Source of the DNA: an uncultured Chloroflexia bacterium
Lineage (GTDB): Bacteria; Chloroflexota; UBA6077; JACCZL01
Direction: 5' to 3'
Assembly: GCA_963765765.1 (NCBI GenBank)
Contig: CAVXYC010000014.1
Location: 64,001-128,000, forward strand
DNA: 64,000 bases
The notes under the pieces were generated by a model, which saw nothing but the letters and a program-made list of their open reading frames with translations, was not told the origin of the DNA and made no database searches. A program made the translations under genes and the position numbers. The stretch's first letter is position 1, and each line of letters starts with the position of its first letter. Of the stretch, positions 1 through 10,434 are shown piece by piece.

Positions 1-82
1 GGAGGTTTTCCCCTCCTAAGGTTCCACCCAGGGAGGGGGACCTTTCTTAGATGCCCTTCCCTCGTGCACTAGAGCACGAGCG

Positions 83-117
83 AAACGCCCGCTCACGATG
101 ATCGTGAGCGGGCGTTT
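83..117 (+). terminator. Intrinsic terminator-like palindrome
   Basis: AAACGCCCGCTCACGAT-G-ATCGTGAGCGGGCGTTT, perfect 17-bp arms ending in a T run; two more hairpins lie just upstream (about 4-42 and 61-80). Confidence 0.7.
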
Positions 118-179
118 TGATTGTCCTGGTTGACGGCGCCTGTACGAGTAGAACGGTGAATGAATGGCAGATGAAGTGA

Positions 180-887
180 ATGCAGCACGGTAGCGTGCTG
201 GTGGTGATGGCGCATCCGGATGACGCGGAGTTCATGTGCGCTGGCACGATAGCCAGGTGGACCCAGGAAGGTCGGCGGGTGGACTACGTCCTGTGCACCA
301 GCGGAGATAAGGGAACGTCTGATCCGACGGTGAGCCCCACGGTCCTTGCTGAGATTCGCATGCGCGAGCAGCGAGCAGCTTGCGACGTGCTGGGCGTTAG
401 TGAGATCGCGTTTCTAGGCCACGAAGACGGAATTCTCGAACCCACACTTGAGCTCCGCCGCGAGATCGTTCGCGAGATTCGACGCTTCCGACCAGCCATC
501 GTTGTCTGTCAGGATCCAACGACGCGGTGGACTGCGCAGCAGTATCTAAACCATCCGGATCATCGCGCCGCGGGAAGCGCCACGCTGGACTCCGTCTATC
601 CATCGGCACGCGATCCGCTGGTTTTTCCGGATTTACTGGCGGCGGGTTTCGAACCGCACAAGGTGGAGGAGCTGTTCATCGGTGGCACGTCCAGCCCTGA
701 CAAGTGGGTAGATATCGGTCCCACGATTGACGTCAAGGTGGAAGCACTTCGGCGCCATAACAGTCAGATCAATAATGGACAGCGCGACCGCGATATCTCT
801 GAATTCATCTGCGAGCGAGCACGCGCTGTAGCTGAAGGCCAGAGCATAGAGTTCGCGGAAGCGTTTAAGTACATGCGGCTCCGGTAA
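180..887 (+). CDS. PIG-L/LmbE family deacetylase (MshB/BshB-like)
   Basis: AHPDDAE and HPDH metal-binding motifs, TSGDKG, C-terminal K..AL..H.SQ. Confidence 0.9.
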   Translation: MQHGSVLVVMAHPDDAEFMCAGTIARWTQEGRRVDYVLCTSGDKGTSDPTVSPTVLAEIRMREQRAACDVLGVSEIAFLGHEDGILEPTLELRREIVREIRRFRPAIVVCQDPTTRWTAQQYLNHPDHRAAGSATLDSVYPSARDPLVFPDLLAAGFEPHKVEELFIGGTSSPDKWVDIGPTIDVKVEALRRHNSQINNGQRDRDISEFICERARAVAEGQSIEFAEAFKYMRLR

Positions 888-940
888 AATTCCCATCGCT
901 GGCAATTCTGCCGATGAACCATCCCGAAGGATCACAAGAC

Positions 941-2182
941 ATGGACGAGCGAGCATACGACGTCGCGATTGTTGGTGGAGGCATAGTTGGGCTCGCCACG
1001 GCGATGGAGCTGCTTCGCCGTCATCCAGACTTCAAACTAGCGCTGGTCGAGAAAGAGCGGGAGCTGGCCCAGCACCAAACCGGACGCAATAGCGGTGTTA
1101 TTCACTCAGGCGTGTACTACACGCCTGGATCGCTGAAGGCTCAACTCTGTGTCACTGGCGCGCGCATGATGCGCGAGTTCTGCGATCAGCACGACATTCC
1201 CTACAACATTTGCGGGAAGGTCATCGTGGCCACCGAGCCGGATGAGCTGCCGAGGCTCGAGAACATCTACGAGCGCGGGCAGAAGAACGGCGTCCCAGGA
1301 CTCGAGATGATCGGTCCAGAGCGGCTCAAGGAGATTGAGCCGTACTGCGTAGGACTCAAGGCGCTCTATTCCCCGCAGACGGGAATCGTTGACTACAAGC
1401 GCGTTGCCGCAGCATATGCCGACGACATCGAGCAGCACGGCGGCGTTATTCGAATGGGATTTGAAGTCGAAAAGATCCGAAAACTGTCTGACGGGGTATT
1501 GCTGGAGTCGTCGACAGGTGACATCCGTGCAAAGCACCTAGTCACGTGCGCCGGCCAGTACTCGGATAAAGTTGCGATGATGACGGCGGCGCCGCAGGAC
1601 CCGGCGATTGTGCCGTTCCGCGGTGATTATTGGGTGCTCCGTCCCGAGCGAACGTATCTCGCAAAGGCGCTGATCTATCCCGTTCCGGACCCACAGCTGC
1701 CATTCCTCGGCGTTCACTTCACTCTGCGAATGGATGGATCACAGTGGCTCGGTCCCAACGCTGTGCTGGCCTTTGCTCGTGAGGGCTATCAATTCAGCGA
1801 CGTCAATCCGAAGGAGCTCAGCGAGACGCTGGCCTACCCGGGCTTCTGGCGCATGGCACAGCAATGGTGGAAGACCGGACTCGAGGAGATGTACCGCGAC
1901 CTCTCCAAAGCTGAGTTCGTTCGCTCTCTCCAGCGCTACGTTCCGGAAGTTCAGCCGGACGATGTTCTCCCTGGTCCTGCCGGAGTGCGCGCTCAGGCCC
2001 TGTCAGAAGACGGCAAGCTTGTGGACGATTTCATCCTGCACCATCGTGAGAATGTCATCCACGTTCGCAACGCTCCGTCTCCGGCAGCGACGTCCTCACT
2101 CGCGATTGCTCGGCTGATCGCCGATACGGCCGACCGCTCGTTTAACTTTGAATCGAGCAAAGTCGTAACGGCGAGCGTCTAA
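941..2182 (+). CDS. lhgO: L-2-hydroxyglutarate oxidase
   Basis: GGGIVG FAD motif, HQTGRNSGVIHSG, IYPVPDP.LPFLGVH, AGVRAQA, NAPSPAATSSLAIA; start placed at ATG 941. Confidence 0.9.
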   Translation: MDERAYDVAIVGGGIVGLATAMELLRRHPDFKLALVEKERELAQHQTGRNSGVIHSGVYYTPGSLKAQLCVTGARMMREFCDQHDIPYNICGKVIVATEPDELPRLENIYERGQKNGVPGLEMIGPERLKEIEPYCVGLKALYSPQTGIVDYKRVAAAYADDIEQHGGVIRMGFEVEKIRKLSDGVLLESSTGDIRAKHLVTCAGQYSDKVAMMTAAPQDPAIVPFRGDYWVLRPERTYLAKALIYPVPDPQLPFLGVHFTLRMDGSQWLGPNAVLAFAREGYQFSDVNPKELSETLAYPGFWRMAQQWWKTGLEEMYRDLSKAEFVRSLQRYVPEVQPDDVLPGPAGVRAQALSEDGKLVDDFILHHRENVIHVRNAPSPAATSSLAIARLIADTADRSFNFESSKVVTASV

Positions 2183-2189
2183 CCCCGCG

Positions 2190-2320
2190 CTCTAGACTGC
2201 GGCGGTCTTCGCCGCTTTCTAGCGAGGCTGGAAGCCGTCCTCGGTGTCGCTCCGCTCGGTGCCAACGCGGCGAAGAGCTCCGCGGTCCGAAGTCCGCGGC
2301 GCTTCGCGCAGGCACTCCAA
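2190..2320. repeat. Degenerate REP-like inverted doublet
   Basis: TAGACTGCGGCGGTCTTCGCCGCTTT and an inverted partner AACGCGGCGAAGAGCTCCGCGGTCC, then GCACTCCAA, between convergent genes. Confidence 0.4.
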
Positions 2321-2330
2321 AAGCGGACGG

Positions 2331-3419
2331 TTAGAGTCCGCTGAATCCAAGGAAAGCCGCACCGCATTCATGTCCATAGGCACGGCGGACGTTTGTGGCG
2401 ACGCGCTGATTGTTGTAATCGCGCAGGTTCTCGTTCAGTGTGCCGTCAAGCCAGTGCGTCGGACGTCGTTTTCCGTTCGGTCCCTGCAGCTCAGACCAAT
2501 AGCGTGCTGTGACTTCGAATGCCTCGATCTCCATCTCATAGCATCCCATATCAACCTCGAGCACACCCGCGTTGATCATCTGCTTGGCATGAGTGAGCTC
2601 ATGCAGCAGGACGGCGGCAATTGACTCGGGCGGCGCATCCATGACAGCCTGGGCAAGCTGGATCGTGTAATAACGAAACATGTGAACGCCAAGAACGCCG
2701 CGAGGGAGATTGGCCACGCCAATCTCAACGGGGAACTCGTTGACCGCCGCGAGAACTTCTTTGCCCATCGGCGTCTCTTCAAGCGCGTGCAGGATTGGGA
2801 CAACGCTCGGATTCACCGGGTAGCCGCCAAAGGTAGCACCTTCCGGCAAATAGACTTCTGAGCTCTGAGTCTCAGCCCATAACCCCCAGCGATTTGCGAT
2901 GGCAGCGGCTTGTTCATCGGCATAGAGCCTGACGAAGGGATGGGTCGCGTGCGGATAGACCCAGGTCATTCCGGATCGAAGAAGCTCCGCGCCGGCGGGC
3001 GCGTCTAGCATCTGTTGGCGGTACACATGTCGGTACACCCATTGGCCGTTGGGTGGATCGGCCGCACCGGGTTGCACTTCGAGCAACACCTTCGATCCTA
3101 CGGGAAGGAGCTGTGCTTGCGACTGTGTTGCCTTCTGGTGCCACACGCCTCCGTCCTGATCGGGCGTAGGACCAATGACGCCCACGTGCCAGACACGGAA
3201 CCGTTCGCCGGACGGAACTCGGACCTGGACGACTTCAGGCCCGATCACCCGGTCGATAACCGCCCAGCCATCGGACTGCGCGGTAGCCCAGGCTTCCTCA
3301 TCCCCAGCCAGGGTACGGGCTCGTTCCCCAATCGCAATCGTGGGTGACGCGGGCTGAATGAATATGAGCGCCAGCGCCAGCAGCACGGGAAACGAACGAA
3401 AAAGAGTCTTCACAGGCAA
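2331..3419 (-). CDS. Secreted thermonuclease (SNase)-like domain fused to a zincin HExxH domain
   Basis: Signal peptide; SNase-type ELLRSGMTWVY and EQAAAIANRWGLW; C-terminal LLHELTH with downstream EMEIEAF. Confidence 0.7.
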   Translation of the reverse strand: MPVKTLFRSFPVLLALALIFIQPASPTIAIGERARTLAGDEEAWATAQSDGWAVIDRVIGPEVVQVRVPSGERFRVWHVGVIGPTPDQDGGVWHQKATQSQAQLLPVGSKVLLEVQPGAADPPNGQWVYRHVYRQQMLDAPAGAELLRSGMTWVYPHATHPFVRLYADEQAAAIANRWGLWAETQSSEVYLPEGATFGGYPVNPSVVPILHALEETPMGKEVLAAVNEFPVEIGVANLPRGVLGVHMFRYYTIQLAQAVMDAPPESIAAVLLHELTHAKQMINAGVLEVDMGCYEMEIEAFEVTARYWSELQGPNGKRRPTHWLDGTLNENLRDYNNQRVATNVRRAYGHECGAAFLGFSGL

Positions 3420-3554
3420 GTCCCCTAGAGTGTGCGTCTTTCCATAGTCCTTGGATCTATCTCAGTACGTTAACGCCTGAAACGGCGGAGGCGTTCCGAG
3501 TATTCCCTGATGCCAGATTGATTCTCGACGTTTCATCGGAGCGCGATAGGTGCA

Positions 3555-4889
3555 TCAATCTCGCGACTGTCCCCGCCGCTTGGCAAGGTCCAGACCAAGC
3601 TGGCGTTCTCGTCCCTCCTCAGAGCCTTTGTAGAACTCAGCTAAAACTCCGTCGGGCAAGTATTGCTGGGACGCCCAATGCCGAGGAAAATCGTGCGGGT
3701 ACTTGTAGTCACGCCCATAACCGAGTGAATCGGCGCCTCGGAATGAGGCGTTGCGCAGGTGTAGCGGAACCTCTGTGTTGGCGCCGGATTCAATCGCCTG
3801 CTTCGCCGCGTGGAGCGCCACGCCGACTGCGTTGGACTTTGGAGCGAGCGCCAGGTAAAGCGTCGCCTGGCCCAGCGTGTACTCCACTTCCGGGTAACCA
3901 ACCAGCTCCGCTGCTTGGGCAGCAGCCGTGGCAAGCACAAGCGCTTGAGGATCCGCGTTGCCAATATCTTCTGAGGCCAGAATAACCATGCGCCGAGTGA
4001 TGAAGCGAATGTCCTCGCCGGCAAGGAGCATCTTGGCCAGCCAGAATATCGCGGCATCTGGATCCGACCCGCGCACCGACTTGATGTAGGCGGAGATCGT
4101 CTGGTAGTGATCGTCCGCCTGCTTGTCGTACCGAAGATTTCGGGCCTGGAGTGCATCGCGGATGTCCTGATCTCGTATCTCCGCCTGGGATTGCGATGTC
4201 ACCGCGTTCGCCGATGCCTCCAGCACGTTCAAGGCTGAGCGTGCATCTCCGGCGGCGCTCGCCACCAGGAGGTCCAATGCCTCAGGAGCAATCGTCAATC
4301 GGAGCTTGCCTAACCCGCGCTCAGGATCCTCTATGGCGCGGCTGACAATAGTGCGAACGTCGTCGTCAGAAAGTGGCTCCAATCGAAACAAGCGCAGTCG
4401 GGAACGCAACGGCGCGATGATGTCGAAATAGGGATTCTCACTGGTCACGCCAATGAGCGTCACCAGGCCCTCCTCCACGTGAGGCAAGAGTGCAGCCTGC
4501 TGTGACTTGGACCAGCGATGGATCTCGTCAACGATCAGCACCGTACGTGCACCCGTGGCGCGTATCTGACGCGCGTTGGCAATGATCTGCTTCAGATCCG
4601 CAACACCTTCTGTCACGGCGCTTATCGTCCGCACTTCGGCATTCGTTGACGCGGCAATGAGCTGTGCCAGCGTGGTCTTTCCGCTACCTGGTGGGCCCCA
4701 CAGCACAAGTGAGCCGGTCTGACCAGACTCGATTGCTCTGCGCAGGGGATGGCCGGACGCAAGGATTCGCTCATGCCCCACCATGTCCGACAAGATCTGG
4801 GGGCGTATGCGCGCAGCTAAGGGCTGCTCTATCGCAGACTGGTCAACCAGGAGCGATGGCTGAAACGAGGAGCCGTGCAATCGTGCCAT
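3555..4889 (-). CDS. rarA: Replication-associated recombination protein A (MgsA/RarA AAA+ ATPase)
   Basis: LAARIRP, GPPGSGKTT, DEIHR, ISAYIKSVRGSDPDAA, ASEDIGNADP, YKYPHDF. Confidence 0.95.
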   Translation of the reverse strand: MARLHGSSFQPSLLVDQSAIEQPLAARIRPQILSDMVGHERILASGHPLRRAIESGQTGSLVLWGPPGSGKTTLAQLIAASTNAEVRTISAVTEGVADLKQIIANARQIRATGARTVLIVDEIHRWSKSQQAALLPHVEEGLVTLIGVTSENPYFDIIAPLRSRLRLFRLEPLSDDDVRTIVSRAIEDPERGLGKLRLTIAPEALDLLVASAAGDARSALNVLEASANAVTSQSQAEIRDQDIRDALQARNLRYDKQADDHYQTISAYIKSVRGSDPDAAIFWLAKMLLAGEDIRFITRRMVILASEDIGNADPQALVLATAAAQAAELVGYPEVEYTLGQATLYLALAPKSNAVGVALHAAKQAIESGANTEVPLHLRNASFRGADSLGYGRDYKYPHDFPRHWASQQYLPDGVLAEFYKGSEEGRERQLGLDLAKRRGQSRD

Positions 4890-4958
4890 GCTAATTTGAT
4901 TCTAGCGCCTGCCCACTACGGTGGTGGTCATAATTCGATGAATCAAAGGAGTGGTCCA

Positions 4959-6237
4959 ATGCCGGATGGCGTCGATGTGACCATCGACCGGGAAGAGCTC
5001 GCGACGCTTGTCGACGAGCTGGGGCAGATAGGCCACCTGGGTAACGGGGGCGTGTTCAGGCCGGTGTACGGTGAGGCCTGGACAGAGGCGATGGCGACCA
5101 TCGAACGCTGGGCGGCAGAACGTGGATTAGCAGCTCGCCGAGATGCCGTGGGCAATCGCTACGCCCGTCTGGCTGGGAACGAATCGCAGAACGTCATCCT
5201 GGTTGGCTCGCATATCGACTCTGTTCGCTCTGGCGGTCGTTTCGATGGCGCGCTGGGCATCATCAGCGGATTGCTGGCACTCGCGGCTTTGCGCCGTCAG
5301 CTCGGTGCGCCGCGCACCTCCATTGAGATTGTGGCGCTATGCGAGGAAGAGGGCAGTCGGTTCCACGCCAATTTCCTGGGTAGCCGTGCCATTACGGGGT
5401 TGCTCCAGGCTGAAGAGCTGGAACACATCACCGATACGGACGGCGTCAGTATTGCTTCAGCTATGGGTCGGATAGGTCTCGATCCCTCGCTCATGCACGA
5501 AGCTCGGCGGACGGACCTTCAGGCTTACATCGAGCTCCATATAGAACAGGGTCGAGTGCTCCAGGACCTCGGGTTGCCCATTGGTCTCGTGCACACGATC
5601 ACTGGCATACGTCATCTGGAGATGAGGGTCTCAGGACAAGTCGACCATGCCGGCACCACTCCGATGCACCTTCGCCGCGACGCCGGACTGGCCGCCGCTG
5701 AGATGATGCTCGCCGCTGCCCGCGCGGCAGAAGAAGTCGGCCCGCCGGCCGTGGCCACGGTTGGACAGATGACGCTCGGTCCGGGTGCGATCAACATCGT
5801 TCCCGGATCGGCGCAATTCACGATGGACACTCGGCACCCCGACGCTCACACGTTGGCAGGCCTAGTGCGTGCCATTGAAACCGCCTGCCTCGGACATCGC
5901 CGAGCTCCGCCAGGTGGAGCTCGCCATCACACCACTCGTAGATGTGGCTCCAGCACCCATGGACGAGGCGCTCATGAACGTTCTTCGGAGCGCTGTGTCG
6001 GCTCGCGGCTTCCGCGCTCATGAAATGCCAAGTGGGGCAGGCCATGACGCCCAGATCATGGCCACTCGAGTTCCTTCGGCCATGATCTTCGTACCGAGCA
6101 GGGATGGCCGCAGCCATTGCCCTGAAGAGTACACAACGCCCGAAGACGCCGTTCGTGGTGTGCAGGTGCTCGCGGAAGCCCTGCGGCAAATGGCGTATCA
6201 GGCGGTCTCTCTACTTCGCCCGAATGGCCTCGTCTAA
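4959..6237 (+). CDS. M20 Zn-dependent amidohydrolase (allantoate amidohydrolase / N-carbamoylase family), one frameshift near 5890
   Basis: GSHIDSV..GGRFDGALG, EEEGSRF, ELHIEQG, HAGTTPM in the first frame; SGAGHDA and GRSHCPEE in ORF 5869-6237. Confidence 0.85.
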
Positions 6238-8415
6238 CACGTCAGCCAGGTGCCTCACCTTCATGGGACTCCCCGCCGCGTCGAGCGCCCCCTGCATGTG
6301 CATGACGCAGCCCGGGTTGTCTGCGACGATCGTGGTCGCCCCGGTCGCTCGGGCGTTTTCGAGCTTGCGTGCCAGGACGCGACGTGAAACCTCGGGGTGC
6401 TCGATGGAGAACGTTCCTCCGAAGCCGCAACACACCGTAGAGTCCGTCATTTCGCACAACTCGGCGCTCATCACACCGCGGAGCAACCTACGAGCCTCGT
6501 CCTTCAGCCCCAGGCAGTTATGAGATTGGCAGGCATCGTGATAGGTGATGGACCCGTTTAATCGACCTGAGAGAACGCCATCGTTCAGATTGGCGTCCTG
6601 ACCGACGTACTCCGTAAACGTGCGGACCCGCTCGGCCAGCTTCTTCGCTCGAGCATGCCATTCCGGATCGTCCGCAAAAATGTGACCGTAGTCCTGCAAT
6701 AACATGGCCGCGCAGCTTGTGGACGTCGACACAATCACGTCCGCATCGCTCTTTTCGAGCGCTTCGATCGTCTCTTGAGCCAGATCGATGGCTCCCGCCA
6801 GATCGCCAGCATTGCTTGCCACGAGCCCACAGCAGCGCCAGCCACCCAGCATGCTGACGCTGCAGCCAAGCGACTGCAGCACACGCACGGCGGCCTCACC
6901 TGTTTCCGGATGCAGATGATCGGTCATGCAGCCGGGGAAATAGGCCACACGCTGCCCTGAAACCTCCGACTCGAGTTTCGGTGAGCTCGATGGGGCGGCC
7001 TGTGAGGCCGCTCCGTTTGTCAGATGACGCAAACGCTTCCTGAGAGGGCGCTCCGCCAGTCCGGGCAAACTACGCCACTCGGTGAGCCGTTCCATGAATG
7101 GAAGCTTCCGAATCAGTCCGTCTTCCCCGACGAACGGTTTCTGAGCGAGTCGACCCAGAGCTTGCGCCGCGCCATTGGTGAGTCCTGTCACAACGGCGCG
7201 CTTCTTCAACGGCAAGCCGTGCTCGGCGACGTACTTCTGGCGAACGTCGATGATCTGCTGTGGAATCGGGATACCGACGGGACAGACCTTTTCGCAGGCG
7301 TTGCAGCTCATGCACAAGCTCTGTGGGCCGCCCGCCGCCTCGATACCGTGATGAATATCGGTGACAACCAAACCAATCGGGCCGGTGTAGATATGGCCGA
7401 ATGCCTGACCGCCTACCTCCTGGTACGGCGGACAAACGTTTGAGCAGGCACCGCATTTGATGCAGTGCAGGGCCTCGCGAAATAGCGGATCTTCGCGCGC
7501 AGCCATGCGCCCGTTATCCAGCAGGATGATGTGCTGCTCGACCGGGCCGTGGACACCCACGGCGAGCGCCAGCTCAATATCAGCCGTTCGGCTGGGCCCG
7601 GTAATAAAGGAGACGTAGCTCGTCTGGCGTTGTCCGGTGGCATTGCGAGAGAGAATCTTGAGGATGCTCAGCGCGTCGTCCATGGATGGGACGATTTTCT
7701 CCACACCCACCATGGCCACGTGAACCGGCGGCAACGTCGTGCAGAGTCGACCATTGCCCTCATTGCTCACGATGACAATCCCACCCGTCTCGGCAATGGC
7801 GATGTTTGCGCCGGAGATGCCCATGCCCGCGTTTACAAAATCCTGTCGAAGCTGCTCGCGAGCGACTTTGACGAGAGGATCAAGCTCGGGAGGGACCTCC
7901 CTGCCGATATGTTTTGAGAAGAGCTCTGAAATCTCCTCTCTCGTCTTGTGGATGGCCGGAGCAATCAAGTGCGATGGTCGCTCGTGCGCGAGCTGAATGA
8001 TCCACTCGCCTAGATCTGTCTCCACGGCTCGTACGCCCTGTCGCTCGAGATAGTGATTGATCTCTACCTCTTCAGAGACCATCGACTTACTCTTCACCGC
8101 AAGCGTCACGTTATGTCGACGAGCGATGTCTCCGACGATGCGGCAGGCATCCTCGGCCGTCTTTGCTCTATGGACAACCGTACCCACCTCTTCAGCACGC
8201 TCAGTAAAGAGTCGGATAAGCTCGGGCAGTCGTTCAATCGCGTCCGCCTTGAGCGCGTAAAGCTGCTTCTGAATCTCGCCGAAATCGTCGCTTCCGATCG
8301 CCTTGATGCGACGTTCGCGAAACGCGGGCAACGCGCGCCCTAGCGCGACAGGCACAGTCGATGACTCGAGTGCCTTCTGCAGTCGCTCCTTGAACGGCGC
8401 AACGGTACCGGACAT
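6211..8415 (-). CDS. Fused LutB(LldF)-LutA(LldE)-type lactate oxidation Fe-S protein (LUD + 2x4Fe-4S + 2xCCG)
   Basis: KSKSMVSEE, ETDLGEWIIQL, GPSRTADIE, CIKCGACSNVCP, CMSCNACEKVCP, then FPGC..CCG and YHDAC..CCGFGGTFS. Confidence 0.85.
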   Translation of the reverse strand: MSGTVAPFKERLQKALESSTVPVALGRALPAFRERRIKAIGSDDFGEIQKQLYALKADAIERLPELIRLFTERAEEVGTVVHRAKTAEDACRIVGDIARRHNVTLAVKSKSMVSEEVEINHYLERQGVRAVETDLGEWIIQLAHERPSHLIAPAIHKTREEISELFSKHIGREVPPELDPLVKVAREQLRQDFVNAGMGISGANIAIAETGGIVIVSNEGNGRLCTTLPPVHVAMVGVEKIVPSMDDALSILKILSRNATGQRQTSYVSFITGPSRTADIELALAVGVHGPVEQHIILLDNGRMAAREDPLFREALHCIKCGACSNVCPPYQEVGGQAFGHIYTGPIGLVVTDIHHGIEAAGGPQSLCMSCNACEKVCPVGIPIPQQIIDVRQKYVAEHGLPLKKRAVVTGLTNGAAQALGRLAQKPFVGEDGLIRKLPFMERLTEWRSLPGLAERPLRKRLRHLTNGAASQAAPSSSPKLESEVSGQRVAYFPGCMTDHLHPETGEAAVRVLQSLGCSVSMLGGWRCCGLVASNAGDLAGAIDLAQETIEALEKSDADVIVSTSTSCAAMLLQDYGHIFADDPEWHARAKKLAERVRTFTEYVGQDANLNDGVLSGRLNGSITYHDACQSHNCLGLKDEARRLLRGVMSAELCEMTDSTVCCGFGGTFSIEHPEVSRRVLARKLENARATGATTIVADNPGCVMHMQGALDAAGSPMKVRHLADVLDEAIRAK

Positions 8416-8579
8416 ATCTGCTCCGAAGAGTGGAATGAGGGGATATTAGCTCATGAGGAGTCCAGCCTTTGGACTCCGGCGTAGATTGCGGCCTTATTGC
8501 GACTTCCTCCCCGTTCCGTCTACCATTTCAAGCGCTCCCCAATTTAGCCGCGCCCTATTGCCACGTCCTCGGAGGACCG

Positions 8580-9674
8580 ATGAACCTGCGCACGCCCGGC
8601 CCTACTCCACTGCCCATGACGGTCCGCGAGGTACTCTCGCGCGACATGATCAACCATCGCAGTCCAGAGTTTGCCGCGATGCTCAAAGAATGCACAGAGA
8701 GCCTCAAGACGCTCTTCCAGACGAAGAACGACCTGATGATTCTCACATCCTCCGGCACTGGCGGCCTAGAAGCTTCCATCAGCAACTTCTTCTCGCCCGG
8801 CGATCGCGTGTTGGCCGTATCCATTGGCTATTTCGGTGACCGCTGGTCCAGCATCGCCAAGGCGTTTGGGCTGGATGTGGTGGACCTTCGGTACGAAGAA
8901 GGGCAGGCAGCCAATCCGCAGGAGATCGCGGACACGCTGAAGGCCGATCCCAAGATCAGCGCCGTGCTGGTGACCCACAACGAGACTTCAACGGGCGTAA
9001 CGAATGACCTCGAGTCCATCGCGAAGGTCGTCAAAGGCGCCGATCGATTGTTCCTGGTGGATGGCATCAGCTCCATTGGCTCTATCGATCTGAAGACCGA
9101 TGAGTGGGACGTCGACGTCATCATCAGCGGATCGCAAAAGTCGTGGATGTCACCTCCAGGCATTGCGATCGTTTCGGCGAGTGAGCGCGCCTGGGAAGCA
9201 AACAAAACAGCCAAGTGTCCGCGCTTCTACTTTGACCTCGCGGCGGCACGAAAGTCCGCGGTCAACGGTGAGACACCCTGGACGCCGGGCATGAGCACCT
9301 TCTATGCAATCCAGGAAGCTCTACGCATGCTTATGCAGGAAGGGCTGGAGAACATCCTTGCCCGACATCACCGCGTGGCGGAGTACACCCGCCAGGGTCT
9401 CAAAGAGATCGGCATGTCCCTCTTCCCAGCCGATCCCGCGAGAGCCTCGGATACCGTGACTGCTTTCCTGACTCCCGGAGGCGTGCCGGCGCGCACAGTG
9501 CAATCGCGGCTCCGAGATGACTACGACATCGAGATTGCTGAGGGCCGTGGGGAGCTTGCTTCGCGCATGCTGCGTATCGGTCATCTCGGCTGGGTGCACG
9601 AGGACGACATCAAGCCCGTGCTCCAAGCGCTGAAGGTTGTCGTGGCCGACTACGGAGTTGCCGCGCCAGCCTAG
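8580..9674 (+). CDS. Class V PLP aminotransferase (alanine-glyoxylate / serine-pyruvate family)
   Basis: GGAGG RBS; TPGPT, SSGTGGLE, HNETSTGV, DGISS, GSQK lysine motif, RIGHLG. Confidence 0.9.
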   Translation: MNLRTPGPTPLPMTVREVLSRDMINHRSPEFAAMLKECTESLKTLFQTKNDLMILTSSGTGGLEASISNFFSPGDRVLAVSIGYFGDRWSSIAKAFGLDVVDLRYEEGQAANPQEIADTLKADPKISAVLVTHNETSTGVTNDLESIAKVVKGADRLFLVDGISSIGSIDLKTDEWDVDVIISGSQKSWMSPPGIAIVSASERAWEANKTAKCPRFYFDLAAARKSAVNGETPWTPGMSTFYAIQEALRMLMQEGLENILARHHRVAEYTRQGLKEIGMSLFPADPARASDTVTAFLTPGGVPARTVQSRLRDDYDIEIAEGRGELASRMLRIGHLGWVHEDDIKPVLQALKVVVADYGVAAPA

Positions 9675-9714
9675 CTCACATCACCCTCAACGCGTTAAGG
9701 GTATAGGGTAGCTC

Positions 9715-10428
9715 ATGTTCAAGCGGGTTGGCCGGTGGCTGCGCCGCATCGACGGCTGGTTCTTCCGCCTGACCGACAAACAGCGTGTGGGCGTCGTGCT
9801 GGGCACGGCGCTCTTCCTCTTCTCATCGGCGTTGTACTGTCTGGGAATCGGTAGCGTGGTTCTACTTCAGCGCCCTTATGAGGTAAGCGCAGCCGTGCCC
9901 GCGACAACAGTGGATCAACGGGATGAGACTGCTAGAACGGTCGAGCTTTCAGAAGCAGTGAGCACGCCCACGTCTCTGCCTACCCCGACTCCGCCGGCCG
10001 GATCACCACCACCAACGCCCATCGCCGCGGTGGAGATCGCCGAGCCCCCGGCGCTGCCACGACCGTCGATCTATGAGCCACCGGCACGGCCACGTGTTGT
10101 CGGGCCAGACGTCAAGCCAGAGGCGCCGTCACAACGCTTAGCCACGGCCGTGCCGCCTACGCGAGCCCCTGTAATCGCGCAACCAACTCCTGCTCAAAAA
10201 CCGAACACTGCATCAACAACAGTGGCTACTCCGCCTCAAGCGACGCGCGTCGCCACTTCGGCGACAGGCCCATCAGCAACAGGTGTCTCGAAACAGCCCA
10301 CGCCCGCTCCGAGAACCGTCTCACAACCGACTCCGGCGTCCAAATCCATAACGGCAGTTCCGAAAGCCGTTCCGAAGCCGACGTCCGTGCCAAGGGCACA
10401 GGTGGTTCCGACTACGACCAACCGCTAG
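9715..10428 (+). CDS. Membrane-anchored Pro/Thr/Ala-rich protein
   Basis: One N-terminal hydrophobic helix followed by a low-complexity PTP-rich tail. Confidence 0.65.
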   Translation: MFKRVGRWLRRIDGWFFRLTDKQRVGVVLGTALFLFSSALYCLGIGSVVLLQRPYEVSAAVPATTVDQRDETARTVELSEAVSTPTSLPTPTPPAGSPPPTPIAAVEIAEPPALPRPSIYEPPARPRVVGPDVKPEAPSQRLATAVPPTRAPVIAQPTPAQKPNTASTTVATPPQATRVATSATGPSATGVSKQPTPAPRTVSQPTPASKSITAVPKAVPKPTSVPRAQVVPTTTNR

Positions 10429-10434
10429 AGCTGG

